From positions 1 to 52,099 of the forward strand of contig CAJWSN010000001.1 of assembly GCA_913046175.1 (NCBI GenBank): a stretch of 52,099 bases of DNA. Direction: 5' to 3'. The notes under the pieces are model-generated. The model searched no databases. It worked only from the letters and a program-made list of their open reading frames with translations, and had not been told where the DNA came from. Position 1 is the stretch's first letter, and every line of letters begins with the position of its first letter. The position numbers were made by a program, and so were the translations under genes. The stretch comes from an uncultured Opitutia bacterium. Lineage in GTDB: Bacteria > Verrucomicrobiota > Verrucomicrobiia > Opitutales > JABJCN01. Below are positions 46,677 to 52,099 of the stretch, in pieces.

Positions 46677-47479
46677 CCAAAGATACCACTGACAAATTCG
46701 TTGGTGCGGGAATCGGAGGCGTTCCCGGAAAAGATTTTCTTGGTTGTATCCTCCTCAACAAGTTCCCCGTTGAGGATGAATGCGGTACGTTTCGCAAGTC
46801 TTCGTGCCTGCTGGACGAGGTTGGTTACCAGGATAATCGTCATCTCGGCCTTAAGTTCCTTCAAGACATCCTCAATGCGCATGGTGGTAACCGGGTCAAT
46901 GGCAATGGAGAACTCGTCCAGGCAGAGAACTTCAGGTTCATGGGACAGGGCTCGTGCAATTGTGAGACGCTGCTGTTGCCCGCCGGAAAGTTTTGTGCCC
47001 AGGGTGTCGAGGCGGTCCTTAACCTCGTCCCAGAGTGCGGCCTGTGTCAGGCAGCGCTCGACGAGTGTATCGAGTTCGTCCTTTTTTCTTATGCCGGCCT
47101 GTCTTGGCGCAAAGGTCACGTTGTCATAGATGGTCATGGGCAACCCCACGGGGAGAGGCGCCACCATTCCAATCCGACGCCGGTAGCCGCAGAGGTCTCG
47201 CATGCCATTGTTGGAGAGTTTCTTGACGGGTGTGAAGCTGCTGGCATCGAGAACGGATTGGTTGTCCATCAGGACCCTGCCTTTCACCGTTGCATTGCTG
47301 ACAAAATCAATGGTGCGGTTGACGGCTTTCAGGAAGGTTGTCTTGCCTGACTGTGCCGGCCCGATGATCCCGAAAATTTGATTTGCAGGGATTTGAAGAG
47401 ACAGGTCTTTGAGGGCGATCTTGTCCCCGTAAGAGACACCAAGGCCCTCAACTCTTATCTTGGCAGGCAAATCTACCAT
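46673..47479 (-). CDS. PstB paralog with degenerate catalytic motifs but an intact signature
   Basis: Walker A GPAQSGKTT. The Q-loop Gln is absent (IGMVAPLPVGLPMTIYDNVTF). The signature LSGGQQQRLTIARAL is intact. Walker B is LCLDEFSIAID. The H-loop His is replaced (LVTNLVQQARR). Confidence 0.85.
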   Translation of the reverse strand: MVDLPAKIRVEGLGVSYGDKIALKDLSLQIPANQIFGIIGPAQSGKTTFLKAVNRTIDFVSNATVKGRVLMDNQSVLDASSFTPVKKLSNNGMRDLCGYRRRIGMVAPLPVGLPMTIYDNVTFAPRQAGIRKKDELDTLVERCLTQAALWDEVKDRLDTLGTKLSGGQQQRLTIARALSHEPEVLCLDEFSIAIDPVTTMRIEDVLKELKAEMTIILVTNLVQQARRLAKRTAFILNGELVEEDTTKKIFSGNASDSRTNEFVSGIFG

Positions 47480-48387
47480 TTTTTTCGGGTGCGGAGGATG
47501 ATGCGCATAATAATGGCCGCTGCATTGACGAGCAGGACTGTGCCGAGGAGAACGACAGCTGTTGCGAATGGTATCGCCTCATCCACGCCGGGAACTTGCG
47601 TTGAAATCGTGAAAAGGTGCATCGCCAACGCCATGCATTGATCAAGCAACCCATAGGCAAACACATCCCCTTTCTGTACTGCCTTGTAGAAAACGGCTCC
47701 CGTAAACATAATGGGCGCGGTCTCTCCGGCGGCACGCGAGACCTGCAGGATGATGCCGGTAAGGATGCCGCTGATGGAATTTGGCAGAACCACGCCGCGG
47801 ATGGTCTTCCACCGGCTTACCCCCATGTTCCAGCAGGCTTCGCGAAAGGACATCGGCACAGCGGACAGGGCTTCCTTGGTGCTGGCAATGATGACTGGCA
47901 GGGTCATGACGGCCAGCGTGAGGGATGCTGCCAGCACAGATCGACCGATGCCGGCAAAAAGGACAAATGCACCGAGCCCGAAAAGTGCGTGAACAATACT
48001 TGGTACACCGGCAAGGTTAATGACCGCGAGGTTAATAATGCGCGTGAACCAGTTGTCTTGGGCGTATTCGTTTAGGTAGACTGCCGCCAGCACACCAATC
48101 GGCGCGGCAATTACCAGCGAGACGACAACCAGGTAAATTGTGCCCAGCAGTGCAGGCCATATTCCCCCTGCACGCATTCCCCGGCTCGGGAGATCAAAAA
48201 GAAAACCAAGGGAAAGAGCCGGCATGGCCTTGTAAATCAAGTATGTGACAATCAACAACAGGGGTAACACCATGGCCAATGTCATCATCAGGAATGCGAA
48301 TTGGGCGATACGCTCAGAAAGCTGTTTTTTCCGGACCAGTTCGGTTTCGGCAAAACGCATGGAGTTTTCTGTTGGCGGTGTGCTCAT
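47473..48387 (-). CDS. pstA: phosphate ABC transporter permease PstA
   Basis: ALSAVPMSFREACWNMGVSRWKTIRGVVLP...SRAAGETAPIMFTG. It overlaps the downstream ATPase start. Confidence 0.92.
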   Translation of the reverse strand: MSTPPTENSMRFAETELVRKKQLSERIAQFAFLMMTLAMVLPLLLIVTYLIYKAMPALSLGFLFDLPSRGMRAGGIWPALLGTIYLVVVSLVIAAPIGVLAAVYLNEYAQDNWFTRIINLAVINLAGVPSIVHALFGLGAFVLFAGIGRSVLAASLTLAVMTLPVIIASTKEALSAVPMSFREACWNMGVSRWKTIRGVVLPNSISGILTGIILQVSRAAGETAPIMFTGAVFYKAVQKGDVFAYGLLDQCMALAMHLFTISTQVPGVDEAIPFATAVVLLGTVLLVNAAAIIMRIILRTRKKW

Positions 48388-49322
48388 TTGTCCCTGATAC
48401 CCTTAACAACCAAGTCAGCAGTAAGGTTGACTGCGAAGGTGATGGAGAAAAGCAGGATGCCGACAACGAACAGGACCTGGTAATGCTCGGAACCCCGGGC
48501 GGTCTCGCCCAGTTCTGCGGCGATGGTGGCAGTCAATGTGCGCACTGAGTCCAGGGGGTGAAAGAATGGGGGGGTGCCATCAAATGGAATATGCACGGCG
48601 TGACCGGTTGCCATCAAAACCGCCATGGTCTCACCAACTGCCCGGCCAATTCCCAGGAGCACGGCGGCCAGCAAGCCATTCTTGGCTGAAGGCAGCAGTA
48701 CCTTGTATACCATTTGCCAGCGCGTAACACCCAGGCCAATGGCCGCCTCCCGATAGGAGTCAGGGACCGCCTTGAGGGCATCCTCGCTTATGGAGACAAT
48801 GATGGGCACACTCATCAGCGCCAGAATGATTGCTCCATTCAGGACAGTCAGGCCAATGGGTGCACCAAAAAGCTTCATGATCAATTCATTCATGATGGTC
48901 AGCCCGATAAATCCCCAGACCACGGACGGAATGGCAGCCAGCAGTTCAATGATGACTTTCAACGCCTCCCTCAGGCGGGATCCGCAGAACTCAGAGATGT
49001 AAATGGCCGCCCCAAGGCCGAAAGGCACGGCAATAGCCATGGCCAGCACCGTGACACTGGCCGTGCCGGCGATGAGAGCCAGCACACCGAAACGCGGATT
49101 GCTTTCTGAAGCAGGGTACCATTCCTTGGTGAACAGGAATTTCCAGAAATTAAACTCCCCGCTGATCAGGAGTTCCCGTCCCTCCCAGAAGACAAAACCG
49201 AATATTGCAAAGACAAAAATAACCGCACTGATTCCACAAACTCGAATTATAAACTCGATTACCTTTTCCACGGCAGTGATTTTTCTCTTTAAGGCAGATG
49301 TTCCAGGGGGCTTTTTCAGCAA
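48384..49322 (-). CDS. pstC: phosphate ABC transporter permease PstC
   Basis: ALKAVPDSYREAAIGLGVTRWQMVYKVLLP...GRAVGETMAVLMATG. ATGA-type overlap with pstA. Confidence 0.92.
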   Translation of the reverse strand: MLKKPPGTSALKRKITAVEKVIEFIIRVCGISAVIFVFAIFGFVFWEGRELLISGEFNFWKFLFTKEWYPASESNPRFGVLALIAGTASVTVLAMAIAVPFGLGAAIYISEFCGSRLREALKVIIELLAAIPSVVWGFIGLTIMNELIMKLFGAPIGLTVLNGAIILALMSVPIIVSISEDALKAVPDSYREAAIGLGVTRWQMVYKVLLPSAKNGLLAAVLLGIGRAVGETMAVLMATGHAVHIPFDGTPPFFHPLDSVRTLTATIAAELGETARGSEHYQVLFVVGILLFSITFAVNLTADLVVKGIRDK

Positions 49323-49369
49323 ATCTAGAACACCTGAAATTTTTTACGCTGGATTGGAGTAGTTGATCC

Positions 49370-50278
49370 TTATTTGGATATAGGGATGTAGCCGTTATCC
49401 ACCACGACCTTCTGCCCGGCCTCCGAGAGACACCAATCAATGTAAGCCTTGGTGGCGCCTTTGGGATCACCGAGGGTGTACATAAAGAGTGGGCGAGCGA
49501 TGGGATATTTGCCGCTTTGGGCATTCTCCAGATTTGGCTCATAGGCGTCATTGCCTGTTTCGGTCGCAATCCTGAGCATTTTTACTTCTTCAGTTGCATA
49601 ACCCATCCCACTGTAGCCAATGGCACTGGGCGTTTTGCCCACCAATTCCACAACGTCCTTGGACCCGTGCAGGTCGCGCGAGCCCAACTTGAATTCCTTC
49701 CCCTTGGACACCACGGTTTCCTTGAAGTAAACATAAGTACCGGAGTTGGACTGGCGACTGACGCGGATAATCTCATCGTTGCCATCGGAGGCCTTGACGC
49801 CCAATTGTGTCCACTTCGTGATGGTGCCGCCCTCTCCAAAAATCTGGCCCAGTTGAGCGATGGTAATCTTTTCCAGGGGGTTGTCCTTGTGTACATATAC
49901 GGCGAGCGCATCCAGTCCCATGGTAAACAGTTTGGGCTCTGCATCATTTTGATTTTTGGCCTTGGTGATCTCCTTGTCCTTCATGGCCCGGCTGCAGTTG
50001 GCGATGTGGGTCGTCCCATTAATGAGGGCTGCAATGCCGGTACCCGAACCTCCACCGGAAACCTCGACCGATACACCGGGGTCGACTGTTGCATATGCCT
50101 CCGCCCAGGCTTGGGCGAGGTTGACCATGGTGTCAGAGCCGGCATTTTGAATAAGAGTCTTGCTGGCACCACCGGCGCCGGCACCACCACCGCCGCCACA
50201 GGACGGGAAGAGAAAGGCCGCAGCGGTAGCGAAGCCCAGGGTTGTTAAAACTTGGCACAGAATTTTCTTTTCCTTCAT
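49370..50278 (-). CDS. pstS: phosphate-binding lipoprotein PstS
   Basis: Signal and lipobox (AAFLFPSC) followed by a Gly-rich linker. PBP motifs are GSDTMVNL, GGGSGTGI and SRQSNSGTY. Confidence 0.9.
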   Translation of the reverse strand: MKEKKILCQVLTTLGFATAAAFLFPSCGGGGGAGAGGASKTLIQNAGSDTMVNLAQAWAEAYATVDPGVSVEVSGGGSGTGIAALINGTTHIANCSRAMKDKEITKAKNQNDAEPKLFTMGLDALAVYVHKDNPLEKITIAQLGQIFGEGGTITKWTQLGVKASDGNDEIIRVSRQSNSGTYVYFKETVVSKGKEFKLGSRDLHGSKDVVELVGKTPSAIGYSGMGYATEEVKMLRIATETGNDAYEPNLENAQSGKYPIARPLFMYTLGDPKGATKAYIDWCLSEAGQKVVVDNGYIPISK

Positions 50279-51405
50279 TCCTTGTTGTTTTCTTTGTTGT
50301 TTTGTTCGCCAAGGAAGGCTTCGGCGAGATCTTGGATTTGTTTTTTCAGATAGTTGAAAGTATTCTCGTAGGCCTCCTGTATTTCCTCCTCGGAACCCTC
50401 AAACTCAGAGGGATCCTTCACCTTCCATTCCACGCCAATGGTGCGGGTCGGTGGTGCGGGAAAAGCGCGCCTGGCAGCTTTGCGCAGGGCAATGACTATA
50501 TGGTAATGCTCCAGGTTGGGGATGTGGTCGATGGACTTTGTGATCTTGTTCGAGATGTTGATGTCCTTATCGAGTAGAAAGCGGGCGGTGCGCTCATCCA
50601 CCTTCTGGGGCTCAACGCCGGCACTGCTGAAAATGAAATTCTGGTATTCCAGGGAATTGCCGACTGCCTCGGCAATCTGGGTGGTGCAGGAATTGGTCTT
50701 GTCGACGAAGATGACACGAAAGACCTCTGTGCCCAGGTGCTTCATGTATTTGCCGGTGCACATGTAGAGGGCCTCCTCGCAAATGTTGGCCGATTGGTTG
50801 GCCGCGCGTTCGTAACGACGCACCACCGTCATCAGGGAGGTCATGGCCTCCATGGGAAGCTTGTTGTGCTCCCGCTGCAGGAGAAGGTCCTCATTAATCT
50901 CGTCACGCATCTGTTGGGCATTCTCATCCTCCTTGATGGTGGCCCAGGCCAACTCAGCATCCTCCTCAAGAAACGCCTGCGCGGCCTGCTCCAGCATTTG
51001 AGCGGCCACATCACTGAGACCCTGTAGCTTTTGGGAGTCGAAATCAATCTCGAGGGAATTCAGGATCAGCACCTCCCGCGCAATACTTTCCGCATAATCA
51101 CCGATGCGTTCAAGTTCCTGGTTGATCTTGATCGTTGCGTAGACAAAGCGAAGGGAACCAGCAACCGGTTGCTGCCGCAGGAGGAACTCCAGGCAAAGCC
51201 GGTCCACTTCCTGTTCCAGGTCGTCAATCCGCTGGTCGCGAAGAATAATCGAATAGGCGAGGGTGCCATTTTGCTCCATGAGGGCGGTGCGACTGTCCAC
51301 AAGCGCCTGCTTAACTTGTTGCGCCATCTGGCGCACCTTTCGACGTATGCGCTTGATGTCCTTTTGCAGACTGGCGTCCAGATGAGGGGTCGGGTTCGTT
51401 TCCAT
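50275..51405 (-). CDS. phoU: PhoU fused to a catalytically degenerate ArsC/LMW-PTP-like domain
   Basis: aa 1-225 hold two PhoU repeats (INQELERIGDYAESIA; VVRRYERAANQSANICEE). aa ~228-376 align to LMW-PTP/ArsC (VIFVDKTNSCTTQIAEAV...SSAGVEP...EWKVKDPSEFEGSEEE), with the CX5R Cys and Arg replaced by Asp and Thr. ATGA overlap with pstS. Confidence 0.85.
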   Translation of the reverse strand: METNPTPHLDASLQKDIKRIRRKVRQMAQQVKQALVDSRTALMEQNGTLAYSIILRDQRIDDLEQEVDRLCLEFLLRQQPVAGSLRFVYATIKINQELERIGDYAESIAREVLILNSLEIDFDSQKLQGLSDVAAQMLEQAAQAFLEEDAELAWATIKEDENAQQMRDEINEDLLLQREHNKLPMEAMTSLMTVVRRYERAANQSANICEEALYMCTGKYMKHLGTEVFRVIFVDKTNSCTTQIAEAVGNSLEYQNFIFSSAGVEPQKVDERTARFLLDKDINISNKITKSIDHIPNLEHYHIVIALRKAARRAFPAPPTRTIGVEWKVKDPSEFEGSEEEIQEAYENTFNYLKKQIQDLAEAFLGEQNNKENNKE

Positions 51406-51449
51406 GATGCAATTGCTGAATAAATATAATGTGGAAAGAAGACGTGCGG

Positions 51450-51466
51450 GTTACGGGATTGTTACG
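51450..51466. promoter_or_regulatory. direct repeat GTTACG-N5-GTTACG (Pho-box-like candidate) upstream of phoU-pst
   Basis: GTTACG occurs at 51450 and at 51461, an 11-bp register. This is 45-60 nt upstream of the phoU ATG (51405, minus strand). Confidence 0.25.
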
Positions 51467-51543
51467 TTTGTGCAACAAGGCTTCCAGGCGGTTTCCTTGA
51501 GCGGCTGATTATCCAGGCGAGCTTGCGACCATGCTTGAATGAA

Positions 51544-51562
51544 ATGTCACAAAAAATGTTAC
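51544..51562 (+). promoter_or_regulatory. direct repeat ATGTCAC-N5-ATGTTAC (Pho-box-like candidate) upstream of ppk2
   Basis: The half-sites resemble the E. coli Pho-box half-site CTGTCAT. By my count the register is 12 bp rather than 11. The site is 64-82 nt upstream of ATG 51626. Confidence 0.25.
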
Positions 51563-51625
51563 AATTTCTTGGTTTCCGTTGACGGAAATTTTTATAGGAT
51601 TGCATGTCATTTTTCATTCTAGGTG

Positions 51626-52099
51626 ATGGGCAAGACAAAAAAAATGCAGCTGGCGATGTTCCGTTTTTATGAGAACATCGACTATCGCACGTACGTTCGG
51701 GAAAAGAAGCGCCTGCAGGTGGAGCTGCTTAACCTGCAACAATGGATCATTGAAAACAAAAGGCGTGTGGCCCTGGTTTTTGAGGGACGTGATGCGGCGG
51801 GCAAGGGGTCTACAATCAAGCGGTTTGTCGAGAATTTGATGCCCAAGTACCTACGGGTGGTGGAACTGGACAACCCCACTCCGGCTGAATCCAAGAGATG
51901 GTTTCATCGTTACGAGAAACATCTCCCCAATCCCGGTGAACTCGTCTTTTTTGACCGATCCTGGTATAATCGCGCCCTGATCGAGCCCACCATGGGCTAC
52001 TGCAAGAAAAACCAGTATAAGTATTTCATGGACAAGGTGCTGGATTGGGAGGAGGCATTAATTCGCTCCGGGCTGATCCTTATCAAGTTCTACCTCTCG
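51626..52099 (+). CDS. ppk2: polyphosphate kinase 2 (N-terminal 158 aa; runs off the right edge)
   Basis: My hand translation from ATG 51626 is stop-free to the window end: MGKTKKMQLAMF...VALVFEGRDAAGKGSTIKRF...FFDRSWYNRALIEP...ILIKFYLS. The PPK2 Walker-A-like and FDRSWYNR motifs are present. It is absent from the ORF track because it has no stop in the window. Confidence 0.9.
   Translation, partial: MGKTKKMQLAMFRFYENIDYRTYVREKKRLQVELLNLQQWIIENKRRVALVFEGRDAAGKGSTIKRFVENLMPKYLRVVELDNPTPAESKRWFHRYEKHLPNPGELVFFDRSWYNRALIEPTMGYCKKNQYKYFMDKVLDWEEALIRSGLILIKFYLS

Noticed and set aside
1-52099. CRISPR arrays, rRNA genes, IS elements and prophage modules
   Set aside because: Reading both strands, I saw no spaced direct-repeat array, no rRNA-like conserved blocks, and no transposase, integrase, terminase or capsid motifs. 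This is absence by inspection only. A repeat-finder and HMM scan would be needed for confirmation.

Overview
This 52.1-kb window reads as ordinary bacterial chromosome with moderately high GC. I called about 48 protein genes and one tRNA-Pro(GGG). I recognised no rRNA, CRISPR array, transposase or integrase. The gene content suggests a PVC/Verrucomicrobiota-like organism: several Gfo/Idh/MocA oxidoreductases with a xylose-isomerase-like TIM-barrel gene, a SecDF fusion, and few Shine-Dalgarno sequences. That taxonomic guess is inference only. Housekeeping genes include dnaN, ftsK, grpE-dnaJ, purN, purU, carB, yajC-secDF, recJ, mutM, xth, an NfeD-NfeD-FloA flotillin operon, and a phosphate locus (phoU-pstSCAB-pstB' facing ppk2, with an arsC-type gene next to it). 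All family calls come from motifs I recognised by eye in the translations. No database search was run. Starts that I moved away from the ORF track are noted in the evidence fields. The best candidates for undescribed biology are these. (1) A tightly coupled three-gene operon at 21434-26802: a 945-aa membrane protein with a long coiled coil anchored at both ends, a Pro-rich lipoprotein with a W-L motif repeated about every 27 aa, and a class-3 lipase with an intact triad. (2) A TIR / 3-TM / Wzz-like ectodomain protein at 32271-33599, just downstream of a beta-lactamase-fold/NamZ fusion. (3) An AT-rich RIO/Kdo-like kinase-fold gene followed by two hairpins that have different stems but the same loop. 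(4) A pst operon with two PstB paralogs whose motif defects are complementary, predicting one active and one degenerate ATP site, headed by PhoU fused to a catalytically dead ArsC/LMW-PTP-like domain.
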